NCBI GenBank assembly: GCA_003971905.1
Contig: RSEE01000025.1
Coordinates: forward strand, 744,001 to 772,466
Length of the DNA stretch: 28,466 nucleotides
DNA from: Moniliella sp. 'wahieum'
Lineage: Eukaryota
Direction: 5' to 3'
Shown: one piece after another, positions 12,007-26,205 of the stretch
How the letters are laid out: every line of letters begins with the position of its first letter
Position numbering within the stretch: position 1 is the first letter of the stretch
Notes under the pieces: model-generated
Seen by the model: only the letters and a program-made list of their open reading frames with translations
What the model was told of the DNA's origin: nothing
Database searches by the model: none
Program-made: the position numbers and the translations under genes

Positions 12007-12891
12007 TTCTCCATGGTGATGTTGATGCTGCAGATGCCGGGGGCATCTGGTGCATCGTTCTTTGATGCTGGGATGGGGGGGCCTGACGCATCCTCAGGCT
12101 CAGGCCTCATGAGGACCAAGTCTATTCGAATACTCACAGACTTTATTACTGTTGCTAAACAGACTCATACGCCATCGCTCTAAGACCCAATCGCGCTCAG
12201 TCGAACAGCGATCTTACCGTCTTACCCGTGGGCGGAGATCCAAGAACCTCCTCTGGTTTTCGGGGCCGACGGGTCGAAGTGTATCCCAGTGTTGGGAACG
12301 TTGAGCGGGGAGTACATGGTGCAGACAAATACAAAATACATACTGTGGGTGCGCCCTGGTGCATGGTGTGGCCTGGTGCACGGTGCACCGGGAGGCTGGC
12401 TGGCAGCAGCCATCGGCGCATTGTAGCGCACATCATGCATGATCGTCATGCACCATGCCGTCGCACCTGTGGCGTTAAGCTTTAGAGCGAAGGCTTAGCG
12501 CTGTAGCGCTGTAACCCTGCCTCCTTGCATATCCAGCGCACTGGCCCCGCGCCGTTGCTCCCACCACTGAGCCCTTGCGCTCTCCCTCCGGATTGCGTGC
12601 AGCAGCGCATCCGGCACCAGCGCACACTGCCCCGCGCCCATGCACGGCGCCACCCGCAGGCGAGTGCCTGGCCACCCGTCACAGACTGCAGTCCCTCGCA
12701 GCTAGCACTATCCGCCATCAGTGCATCCGCCAGCGCAAGCCCCGCGCCCGGCCCTTTCCTGCCCCGATCCGACACTACACGCGTGTCCTCCGGCAGCAGC
12801 CTCCAACCAACCCTCTCCCTCCTCCATCCAGTGCCCCCCGCTGCCCCCCCCCCCCCACCGCTCCCATCCCCTGCTCCCGCCACCACCAGCG

Positions 12892-15082
12892 ATGCAGCCC
12901 AGCATTCCGCTCAAGCGTTTCGACACGGGCGAGTCGGATGAGTCGGCCATCGACACCGGCATGGGCGAGGGCATGGAGGAGGTCCACCCCGGCGGCATGC
13001 CCACCAAAGTGTTCAGCTGGCCGCCCGACACCAAGGTATCTGACGACGCCCCCTGGGCTCACATCGTCCCCGTGCGGACCAAGGACACCAGCGACGACCA
13101 TGCTGCCCAGGCGGAAATCGAGAGTGGCGACCGCTTTCCTCCCGAGGACCAGCAGGACGTCCTCGATGTCTTGGGCGGCGGACTTGTCTCCCATCTCAAT
13201 CTCTGGCGCGGGCAGAAGGCTTCCTTGGCGACTTGTCCGGAGTCCCTACTGCCCAACAGCAGGAGCTCTTTCATCTCCCTGCCGGCTTGCGCAAGGGGCT
13301 CAAGCAACGACAGTACGTTCTCTACCTCTCGCACTGCTGCCGCTGACTTCTCTCCCTCCACAGTGTACAGAGTGAGTCGTGATTTTTTGTTCTTCCGTAT
13401 TGTGCGAGATGGTGGTGGGGAAGGTTGGACCATCGATCGAAATGCTAACCAACGAGACGCTAGTGATCGCCCTCAGCTCTGTGATTGCTGGTGGGATTTT
13501 CCTCCAGACGGGACATACCCTGGCTGTTGCCGGCCCGCTCTCCCTCTTGATCGCGTATCTGTTACAGGCGGACTGATTGCGTGCGTGATACTGTGCGAAG
13601 CCGAGCTTGCCAGTTTAGCCCCTGTCTCGGGCTTTTACGTACGGCACCCGTCCATGTGGCTGGATGAGGCGTTGCGTTCGCCACGGGCTGGGCTATCGTC
13701 GTAGGCAACGCGCTGGCGCTCGCGCCGGCCGAACTAATCTCCTGTGCCCAGATGGCACTCTACTGGGGAATGTCTCCCCTGCCGTCCTAATCACCGTCAT
13801 GGCCACTCTGATTGTGGCATCCAACGTGTTTATGCTACGCATCATGGGGGAGGTGGAGGTGGTAGCAGCAGTGTTCAAACTGATTTTTATCATCATGCTT
13901 GTCATTCTCAGTCTCTGCCTCGACCTAGGTGCCGGGCCCAAGGGGGAACGGATCGGGTTCCGGTACTGGACCGCGCCCGATGGGCCCATGCGATCTTTTC
14001 TTCTCCCAGGGGCGAGCGGTAGGTTTTTCGGCGTTTGGCAAGCGGCCATCACCAGCGTTTACACCTTCACCACCATCGACGCTACGTTTGTTGCCGCTGC
14101 TGAGCTCGAGGCTCCACGACGCAACATCCCCAAAGCTGCCAAACGGTAGGTTTCTCTCCCTCTACGCACTCGCTTGTCTTGCGGTAGCAGATGACTGACA
14201 AGCAGGTAGTGTGTTTATTCGCGTTTTTGTCCTTTATAACCTGCTCATCATTTCCATGGGGCTCATCGTCTCCTCCCGTGACCCACGGCTGAACCGTACC
14301 GTAGGGACCCAACAGAGCGTCTTTGTCATTGCGGTCGAAACAGCTGGCATCAAAGCCATGCCCAGCATCATTAGTACGTCCTCTTGTCCCTTGCTCCGCC
14401 GTCCTTTCTCCATCCACAAGAAATTGACAAGTTGGATCACAGACGTTTGTGTCATCGCTTCATCCTGGAGCGCAGCCAACTCGTTTGTCCTTGCAGGTTC
14501 GCGTACCTTGGTAAGCCTTTCTGAGGAAGGATATGCCCCCAAGGCGTTTACCAAGATTCACAAGTTTGGCGTGCCCTGGGTCGCGGTTTTGACCATGTGC
14601 ATTTGCTTTTTTGGCCTTTCTTTTCTGGCCATGTCTTCGCGCGCCACTTCCATTTTCAACTGGTCCAGTGCGTGTGCCATGTGTACCTGTGGACATACTC
14701 GGTAATCTGCCTTACCTCGATCCGCGTACAACGCGGGATGAAGGTGCAGGGAATCAAACGTTCCTCCCTTCCCTGGAGTATGAGGGGGCAACCGTACATT
14801 GCCTACGTTGGACTGAGCGGCTGCCTCCTCCTCCTTCTCAGCAACGGAATCCAGATTATGGTCCCGGGTCACTTTTCCGTCCCGGCGCTCCTCTCTTCGT
14901 ACTTGGCTCCGTTGGTTCTGCTAGGCGTCACGGCCCTGTACAAATTCTGGTACCGTACCACCATTGTACCAGTGGAGGAGATGCCAATCCAACCCTGGAT
15001 CATCCAACATATCATGAACCCCGAACCTCCTGCCCCTCGTTTGAGAGGGTGGCGCCGCCTCCTCGTTTTCCTCTGGGCATGA
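12892..15082 (+). CDS. Amino-acid permease (APC superfamily, yeast amino acid transporter family)
   Basis: Spliced LRKGLKQRHVQMIALSSVIAGGIF, AGPLSLLIAY, MGEVE, IGFRYW, PRRNIPKAAKRVFIR, SWSAANSFVLAGSRTL, GVPWVAV, QPYIAY. Introns 13313-13363, 13372-13463, 14146-14209 and 14374-14442. Stop TGA ends at 15082. Start codon is tentative. Confidence 0.9.
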
Positions 15083-16907
15083 GTGCCTTCACCATTTTCT
15101 CCTCCTGTATCATAATATCTTGCCCGCATCAATTCTCTGGATCCAACTGTTATGTGGGGAGTGAGACTCTTGAGGTTCGTAGTCGCGCATAACCAGTCAC
15201 AAGGCGGCCGCACAGGGGGGACTCTAATCCGCCAAGCTGGACGATTGATGATCGGTTTCCCACCAACGATGGGATCAACGAGGATAAAAAAGTCAGGATC
15301 GTGTTGCCAACGGAACGAGGCCGACCAAAGACAACAGGGAGGAAGAAAGGAAAAGAGACACCGAAGCAATATAAACTTGATGCGTTCGTTTTTGTAATGG
15401 CCCATTGAACAAGGGGTCAACTCTATACTTGCTTCCATACCGTCGACAGCACAGGCGGATTGTAGGGAGATTGAAGCAACAGAGGATACCGTGGATGCAA
15501 TAGAACAGATAATCCACCGGCAGTGGGGATATAGGGGTCAAATACATCTCATCCACCAACCCATGTTGTGGGTGGTGGCAGAGTGGGTGGATATGACGAC
15601 GGGCAAAGCGTTAGCACATAAAAAGGGTGTGGGGGGGGGTCACGGCATGAAGAAAACAGGCGTAACGATGAGAAACACACAGAAGCGGAGGAAAAATGAT
15701 TGCTTGCGCAAGCAGGGTGGAGGTGGCCGGGGAGGGACGGGGAAATGAACAACCCAATGTGTGCTGGCTCCCTGCGGGTTGGCCTCCGCGTTTGGTACAC
15801 GTCGAATTCTGTTTCGGGGCTTCGATGTAGCAGGGCTCTCAGCAAGGTAAAACCGGCGGAGCATGAAAATGGCTTCAGTTCCAGGTCGCCCCCCGACCCA
15901 CGGCAGATGGATAGGTCGGACGAAGGATGCATACCGAGCGCTGTTTGTGGGCTTCTACCGCTGATGCTCGTGCCGGGACGCTGCCTCAACTAGGGCAAGA
16001 GTGTAACGGGGTCGTCCGGCACTTGCAGGATGATACTGTTGATGCCGAACTGCGCGCTTCCCGCCGCCATACTAGGACACGCATTGGATCCCGAATTGGC
16101 CTAGGGCAGCCCTACGCATGGGACACGCACAGAATAGGACCGCGCATGTCATGCATCATGGTCAGTCGCATGGGGAAAGAGGGCGAAAGGGAGAGGGGGG
16201 CATCGCGCGGCGGGTAGAGCAGACATCTGATTCCCGGTATCTCTGCGAACTCAGCATGAATGGCGTGCATGACTCAGCACGGTGCTCTTGCAACCAAAGA
16301 CACACCCCAGCCGATTCTGCGCCGTGTTCGGCTGCATCTGGTACAAGGGCCAAGGCGAGACGCATCGCCCGCTAGCCAATCACCCTGCAACGGCTGCCCG
16401 GCGGCGTCGACGTGATTGGCTACCCGTTAGCGCCACATGGTGTGCGTGCATGACCTCGACTGTCGCAGCGTCGACGACGGGCAGAGACGGAAGGATGACA
16501 TGGATGACAGCAAACAAGAAGACCGCGGGCCGACACGTGGCGGCGATGGCGGTGGCGGGGCGCAGTCCGGGTGACAGGAACCGATTTGCGGGGAACGGAC
16601 TCGATCTCCTGGCGCCCTACGGCCTAGAGCTGCCCCACAGGCCTGGTCCCGGAGCGGCGTCCCTGTGTGGGGTAAACGTTTAAAGGGGAGGTTCTGCCGG
16701 CGAATACACGCCGCAGCACGATGATGGGTGGCACCCAACCAGTGTCGGCGCAATTCAACCCTAGTGGACATGCACCCTCTCACTGAGCCCGCTTCCCGCG
16801 GCCTGCACCCCCGCCGCGGGACGCGTGCCGGGCGTGTGGCGTTAGCATTGAATATTGAGCCAAGTCCCGAGGCAGCGCCCGCGTCCTGCTCCCACCCACC
16901 TGCCGTC

Positions 16908-18756
<1,849 letters not shown>

Positions 18757-20153
18757 GAAAGGCTTTAGTCCTTGTTCCAAAAGCTCCTCATCGCGATTTC
18801 CTCTCCTATTCTCCTGAGGTCCTACTAGGTTCTCCATGAATCGCCTGCGCCTCATGCTCAGTCTAGGCTCATAGGCTCAGGCTCGGATTGGGTGCTCTCG
18901 CGTCAAGCATATACGCAGCAATAAAAAAGAGAAAAAAAATACTGGTTGAAAGGGATTTGATCACGAGGACTCCAAGGAGCCGCGTTCTAGTGCTACGCAC
19001 TGGTCTGCCGTAGGACAGCTGAGAGATTACTACGCGATCTGTTGTTGTGGAAAACATGTTCCTTTCAGCCTCATAAACTTTGATGACCCACAAAGCCTAG
19101 TACTTCTGCTTTTTGTCTACCAGTCTCTCTGCCGGGTAAGGCCTAGCAGTAGTACCTCTGAGTACAGCCTAAGCAAGCGCCAGGCAGCTGTTCTGCGCCA
19201 CCGACTGACCCACCCTCGCTTCTTCTGCTCGCGTCCCCCATAGGGCTGCATGCATGCATTGCTGTACGAAAACCAATCGCTTTGGCAGCGCATCGCGTGC
19301 CGGCTTCTGCGGCTGCACTCATCTCCCTCAGTCTCTCTCGCTGCAAGACGCCGCCCACGCCTGCGGCTTGGACAGTGTGCCCAGCACATGGCAAACATTG
19401 GTCATTAACATTGCCAACGAACTCCTCCATGCCCCCTTTGAATGGAGCTTGTCCGGCACACCGCTTCGTCTGCCTTGTCCTCCTCCTCGTCTGCCACCCT
19501 CTCCTGCCCACTGGCGTATACGTACCGGTCTCCGGCACGGCCGCAGCGTGCGAGCAACCGCCGAGACACGGCACGGCCGCTGGCTGCGCCTGCGCCGCAC
19601 GCCGCGCCGAGCGGAGGAGCAATCGAGCGGGGCAGCGCAACACAGTGTGACAGTGACGCGTCGCGTGCGTATCACGCCCTGCGACAAGCGGCCCTCGGAC
19701 GGAGCGGCTTTAATAAGCTTTACTGATCGATTTATCAACAAGTAGGAGCTATTAGGCCCAGCGCACCCTCCCGGCCTGGTGGAACGCGGCATCAGCTGCC
19801 CGGCTGGTCCGCCAATCCTGCCGCCGACGCTTCCCCATGCTCCGCCCGCCGTCTCCCCCGTCGCTTCTGCCTGTCCCCCGCTACGCCCTCCCCTCCGCTG
19901 GCGTGGGACGTAGTCGTCATGCGGAGGTGGGTTTGGGCGGACGAGGAGGAGGCAGCGCGGGGCCGCCAACGGCCGCTCCGCCGGTTCCAGCTCGCCGAGC
20001 GCGTGGGGGAGCTCGTGCCGCACAGGGCTGCTGTTCCTGCGTCCAACAGAGGATGATCAATGTCCTGTGTTTCGGACGCACGAGACTGGACAGCAGTGGA
20101 CTTTTTCCCCCCTTGTCTTACGATCAGCGTACGATTTTCCGTTGGTTCCTATG

Positions 20154-20160
20154 TATATAA
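20154..20160 (+). promoter_or_regulatory. Putative TATA box of itp1
   Basis: TATATAA about 120 nt upstream of the ATG at 20282. Confidence 0.45.
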
Positions 20161-20281
20161 GTATCGTACGCTTAATTGGCGATGGAGAGCCTTTGGTCGA
20201 CAACACTGGAAGTCGTTGATCTGAACGGGTACGACCGCTGCGACTTCCGCACACGGCCCCGCCCCACTGACTGTTTTCAGT

Positions 20282-22270
20282 ATGGGCTCCTTGATCGATA
20301 TCTCCCCGGCCTCCAAGGAGGGCTCGACGCACGATGCGCTCGCGGGCAGTAGTAATCAGGTTGACCTGGCTGTCGGAGAGGAATCGCCGGCCGGAACCGC
20401 TGGCCGTGTTCTCCCGCTGGGCTCAGACAAAGGACGCGGTGGCCCAGGTGGACCTGGAACAACAGGAAGACGAAAAGGATGATCTGGGGCCAAAGGCGCT
20501 GCCGACCGAGCCGTACTGCGCCTTCACTCAGGGAACCAAGCTCTTCATTGTCCTGACCGTCTCCATGGCCGGCTTCTTCTCGCCGTTTTCCATCAACATT
20601 TACATTCCGGCCCTGCCCCAAATCGCACAAAAGCTGCATATCTCTGGGAGTAAGTGGACCTGTGGCGAGACTTGGCCGTACTAGGACGTGCGCTTCTGAC
20701 CTTTGCTCCATGCCGCCTCTGCTCCTAGCCGACACCAATGTCACGGTGACCGTCTACATGATCGCCCAGGGTTAAGTCTTCTGGGCCCCGCTATCAGACG
20801 TACGTTCCCCCCTGTCTCCGAGTACTTCTGACCGTGTGGGCGTGTGGATCCGCACGCTGGTGTTCTGACGCGAACCTGTACCCTTATGAACGCGATTCGA
20901 TAATGGATGCTGCTTGGTTGTGTATACCTGCAGGTTTTGGCCGCCGACCCATTTACCTCATCACGTTCCTAATCTACTTTGCCGCCAACCTCGGTTTGTC
21001 CTTTACGAACGTCTACTGGCTTCTCGTCGTTCTGCGTATGGTCCAGGCGGCCGGCGCGTGCAGCGCGATTGCCATTGGAGCAGGGACGATTAGCGATGTT
21101 ACGGAGCGCAAAGAGCGGGGGGGTTACATGGGGTACTATGCCCTGGCGCAGTACACCGGTCCGGCCATTGGGCCCGTCATTGGCGGCGCCTTGGCCCAGC
21201 GGTGGGACTTCCACGCGACCTTCTTCTTCCTCACTGCGCTCTCGGGCCCTTTCTCATCTTTATGGCCCTGTTCCTCGTCGAGACACTGCGCGTGCTAGTG
21301 GGCAACGGAAGCGCTCGCACCGGGGGATCTACGCCCCCTCCTCGAGCCCAGCTGCTCGCCTCCTCCTCCTCCACCTCCTCGGCCCCCGCCCGCGCATGAA
21401 GAGCCCCCCCAGCGCCCGTCGAGCAGCCCCTGGAGTTCGGCTTCCAACGGCCCTTTTGGTCTTTGCCCGACCGGAAACTAGTCGGCCATCGCGGCCTTTC
21501 GATGATGGTCTATGCGACCTACTACCTATCCTCGGGCTCGCTGCCCTACCTCTTCAAAGAGGTGTACGGCCTGGACGAGCTGATGATTGGCGTGTGCTTC
21601 GTCCCGAGCGGCGTGGGGTGTGCCCTGGTACCGTCGTTGCGGGAAAATTGCTCGATTGGGATTACCGCCGCGCCCTGCGCAGCCGCGCGTACAGCTCACC
21701 CGTGCCCGCTTGCGCTCGGCCTGGGTCTACTTGCCTTGCTATTCCGTCTCGCTCTTGGCATACGGCTGGTGCGTGCGTGCACATACGAGCATTGCCGCTC
21801 CGATCGTCTTTCAGTTACACGTACGTCCTGCTTTGCCCGCATGCAATGTATGCAGCACCGTTCTACGTATACTAATGCGGAAACGCTAACGAGAATGATG
21901 ATGATGATTCTGCCTTTCTCTTTCTTCTGTGCCGCCCACCCTGCCCATCTCACATGGTATATGGGCGATGACCTCCCTGGACACGGACATGGTATTCTAG
22001 TGGGCTGTTCTCCACCATGTACTTTACCAACATCAACACGCTCATCGTCGACCTGTACCCCGGTAAGGCCGCCAGTGCCACGGCGGCCGTTAATGTAGGC
22101 CGGTGCCTGCTGGGCGCTGTGGCTGTGGCGGTGGTCCAGCCGATGATCCAGGCCATGGGCGCAGGATGGACGTTCACCCTCGGCGCACTCCTCACGCTCG
22201 TTGTGGGGCTCGTGTGCCAGGGCCTATTTATCTCTATGGCGAGGCCTGGGCCGCACGCGCGTCGGCCTAG
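20282..22270 (+). CDS. itp1: MFS transporter, orthologue-like to Ustilago itaconate transporter Itp1
   Basis: [161 protein letters not shown]. These closely match U. maydis Itp1 as I recall it, and the gene lies next to tad1. Introns about 20650-20728, 20800-20933 and 21821-22000. Ends [13 protein letters not shown] at 22270. Confidence 0.85.
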
Positions 22271-23808
22271 GCATCCTCCTCGTCCTCCTCCTTCTTTTCC
22301 TTGTCTTCGTCTCTCCTGCGGAGAATCACGCATCCGCTTCGCCGGATCTATCTATTGTCTACTCTCTCGGCTTCCGATGGTTACACTTGCGTGCGCTCTC
22401 TGGTTTTATACAGTGCCCCATTTTTATCCTGCTGCGTCCCGTTGCTTGCCCAATGCATCATGCCCAATGCATCCTCCTGCGCCAGTGGATGTGGAGCGGG
22501 AGGCCGCAGACCGTAGTTGGACGAGGCGTAGTAGTACAGGCTCCCCTCGGGCGCACATCGCACGCCTCGGATCGCGTCGCGTTGCAACCTGCCGCGCCCC
22601 TTCTCGTTGGGCATAAGCGCGCTCCCGGCTCCCTTTAACCACCGCTAAACCCAATTTCTCGATCCGTTGCAACTGTGAAGGCGGTGGCCTAGATTCAATA
22701 GTCACGATCTGGGGATGGCGGCTCTCTGAAAATGGTTGGAACTGGCCCCATGTTCATCCTGAATCAGATTGTTCGCCTTGGCCAGTGTACGTTTTCTCGT
22801 CCCTATTCACGCGTTATACTGATGCTCATGGAAAAAACACCAATAAGGTAAGTACGGTGGGCACTCATCGTAATGGCTACTTTCGCGCTTTGCTGCAACT
22901 GAGAGAAGAGAACGGGGCGGAAGAACGCAGGTTCGTAACTCGGATCAACAAAGCGAACGGCGAGCAAGCGCGTTGGCGCTGCGAGGCTCAATGTACGATG
23001 CACGGTGCACGACGGTTGGACCGATAGCGAGGATGGCGTGGAGCAAGCGACCCCCAACATATGGCGTGAGCAGGATCATGCACGACGCCGGTCCTCGGCG
23101 GCCGCGCTCGGAGGTAGCGGCGTTGCTTCCACACCATCATGAGAGAGCGGGAGGCCGATCGCTTCTTGGGGTGAGAGACCGACGCACGCAGCCTCGTGTG
23201 CATGTGCACCGCGCAGGATGCGCAAGAGCCGTCGCGTGCGCAATGGGGGCCAGCGATGAGCCGCGTTGACATGTGACATGACATGTGATGTATGCGGCAA
23301 GTGACACTGAAAATTGAATAGTGACTAGAGCGACGCACAGACCACCAGGTACGACCCGCCAAGTCCGCGAGCACGCTGCACATGCGGTCTGGGTACGCAG
23401 GCACCGTCCTGGCCCACGACGGACGAGGCGGCCTTGCCGTTCGCTCGGCCGTGCGCGCTGGGCAGCCGGCAGGACGTGCGACATGTCACAGCAGATGCGG
23501 ATGCCCCCACCGTGCCATCCGAGCGCCGCGCTTGTCCGCCGGGCGACCATTCACGATTCCATTCATCATCTGAACGACGATCCATCCGCCGTCTGCGACG
23601 TGCGCTCCGCACAGGCTGTCCGCCTGCGCCGTGCGCAGTCCCCCCAGTGTACCGCCGGCTCCCCGCCCGATTTGGGACACCGAGCTGAGACGCTGGACGG
23701 GGTCTGTGCGGGACAAGCGTATAATGTAAGCTGTCCTCCTCGGCGCCCACTGCCTCCTCCCCCTGCTCTCGCTCTCACCAGCACCGCCTCGGACGCACTC
23801 CAAGCCCC

Positions 23809-25354
23809 ATGGCACCGCTGCCTGCCGCCCCACCTTCCCCCACCGCCGCTGCCGCGGCCTCGGTCCCCCTGCCGCTCACCGGCCACCCGGACCTCTCCGA
23901 CACGGGCGGCACTTTCAGCGACATCTTTGGCACGCCGGCTATGCGGGCCATCTGGTCGGACCAGAATCGCGTCGCATGCTACCTGGCCATCGAGGCGGCC
24001 TTGGCGCGCGTCCAGGCCGACCTGGGCATCATCCCCCGCCGCGCCGCCGAGGAGATTGCCCGCCACTGCCGTGTGGAAGAGGTGGATTGGGCACTGTACA
24101 ACGCCAAACGGAGCGGATTGGCTACCCCGTCCTGGGCATCGTCCAGCAGCTCGTCGCGCACTGCCAGGATGGCTTGGGCGAGTACTGCCATTGGGGCGCA
24201 ACGACACAGGGTACGTTTTCGTCTACGCTCGCTTCAGCCTGCGGCCGGCGCGCGCCGCCGCAGGGACATGCAGAAAGAGAAAGAGAAGGGTGACTGACAC
24301 AGTAAGAGGGGACTTTGTTGGACAGACATTACGGATACAGCGACCGTGCTGCAGCTTCGCCAGTCCTTTGGGTTCATCAAGGCCAAGTTGGCCAGCATGG
24401 CAGCGAGCTTGACGCGCCTGGCGCAGACCTACCATGACGTGCCCATGGCCGCGCGGTCCAACCTGCAGCAAGCGGTGCCCATCACCTTTGGGTTCAAGAT
24501 GGCCCGCTTCCTCGCCACTCTGCAGCGGCACCAGGCCCGCCTCGCCGAGCTCGAGGCGCGCCTGTACACACTCGAGTTTGGTGGCGCGGCAGCAACCTTT
24601 CCTCGCTCGCGCGCACACGGCCTCGCGACGCACGAGGCGCTGGCCACGGCCCTGGATTTGGCTCCGGCAGAGATCGCATGGCACACGGAGCACGACCGGT
24701 TCGCCGAGGCCGCCACGTTCCTCGGCTTGCTCACGGGCACGTTGGCCAGTTGGCCACGGACATCAAATTGATGTCCCAGACCGAGGTGGGGGAGGTGAGC
24801 GAGCCCTTCCTCCCCCACCGCGGGTCGTCGTCCACCATGCCCCAAAAGAACAACCCCATCTCCTGCGTCTATATCCACGCTTGTGCCGCGCACGTCCGGC
24901 AGGGCGTAGCGGCCTGCCTGGACGCCATGCAGTCAGACCACGAGCGCGGAACAGGGCCCTGGGAAATTCTCTGGTCCAACTGCCCCTGATGATGAACTTC
25001 ACCTCGGCCGCCCTGGCCAACGCCGATTTTGTCCTTGCTGGCTTACAGGTCTTCCCCCAGGCCATGCAGCGCAACTTGGGGCTGACCAAGGGCCTGATCG
25101 TCTCCGAGGCGGTGATGATGGGCCTCGCGCCGACGCTCGGAAGGCAGTATGCCCACGACGCCGTGTACGCCTGTTGTCGTACGGCCCTGCTTCAGGACCG
25201 GGCACTGGTCGACGTGCTGTGGGAGAATCAAGAGATTGCGAGTAAGCTCGATCGCAGCGAGCTGGAACGGCTGTGCGATCCGGCGAATTCCCTCGGCCAG
25301 TGCGACCAGTGGATCGATCGCGTCTTGGCCCGCGCGCCGGCCGCTCCGGCCTAG
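23809..25354 (+). CDS. tad1: Trans-aconitate decarboxylase Tad1 (fumarase/aspartase superfamily, 3-carboxymuconate cycloisomerase-like)
   Basis: LTGHPDLSDTGGTFSDIFGTPAMRAIWSDQNRVACYL, IGYPVLGIVQQLV, GLGEYCHWGATTQ/DITDTAT, PMAARSNLQQAVPITFGFKMARFLAT, EIAWHTEHDRFAE, signature GSSSTMPQKNNPISCVYIHACAA, DAMQSDHERGTGPWEI, LGQCDQWIDRVL. These closely follow U. maydis Tad1 as recalled. Intron 24211-24325; stop TAG ends at 25354. Confidence 0.9.
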
Positions 25355-26205
25355 GTGCCTGCCCCACTCGTCGACTCTGGTCCGGGGAGGACCTGCTTGG
25401 GGGGGGCGGCGTGCCTTCTTGTGATCCTCCCGGGCGCACCCACGCCCCATCACGATCGACTCCCGAGTGTGTTGCTGTATAAAGTACTCTGGCGTGGTGT
25501 GCGTCGAGGACAAAGCCGGCACCACGCACGCCCTTGTCTCCTTGCACACCTCGTACGCAGCGCGGCACACCCGCCGGCACCACCCACGGCTCCCACCCTA
25601 CGAACCTAGAATCCATCCACCTTTTCCTCTACCCACGTGTACGCGACTCGACGAAATCTACCGACCCGATCTGCGTGTCGAGTACGATGGTGCACCCGGC
25701 CTGGCACGAGCAAGAGGGCGCACGGACACCGTAGGTCACAGACCGCAACGTCCCAGGAGAGTATCGGTGAAATACGCAAAGATTAGGAAGGGTCAGAAAG
25801 ACGTGTACATGTATTCCATTCACAAGTAGAGCCGTTTTGCCTCAAGCCTCTGCAACCTCGTGGCGGGGGGAGAGGGGTGGGGGTGGGGGGGGGGGTTGCG
25901 CAGCTCGGCCCTTGTCCGTCGTAGCGTACGCGTACACACGTCCACATCGATGCGCACACCTTCAAGGCGCCCCCCGCACCGCGCCGTCCTGGACGAAAGC
26001 GATCTCCCTCTTCCTTCCTTCCGACTCGGGACTCCTGTCCAACACACACGCATTCTCAATCCGCCAAATGAGCGGAACGGCTCATCTTGCCGGGGGGAAC
26101 GGGAGAACGAAACAAGACCAACCGATCCAACGTCCGCCCCTGCGCCCTGCGCGCCGCACCACGTACATCTCCAACCGCCCTTGCCCCCGCCTCAGGCCTC
26201 AGGCC

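Noticed and set aside
19680..19745. RPSDGAALISF resembling a short N-terminal stretch of Adi1 (possible adi1 remnant)
   Set aside because: Only a few residues match, with no PrpF motifs such as R.GTS(R/K)G or NCGN nearby; likely chance.
22300..23800. Additional cluster gene between itp1 and tad1
   Set aside because: The ORFs are Arg/Pro/Ala-rich with no recognisable domain; treated as terminator and promoter DNA.
23809..25354. Adenylosuccinate lyase or ordinary 3-carboxymuconate cycloisomerase annotation
   Set aside because: It lacks the RTH catalytic motif of adenylosuccinate lyase, and both the sequence and the Itp1-like and VOC neighbours fit Tad1 better.
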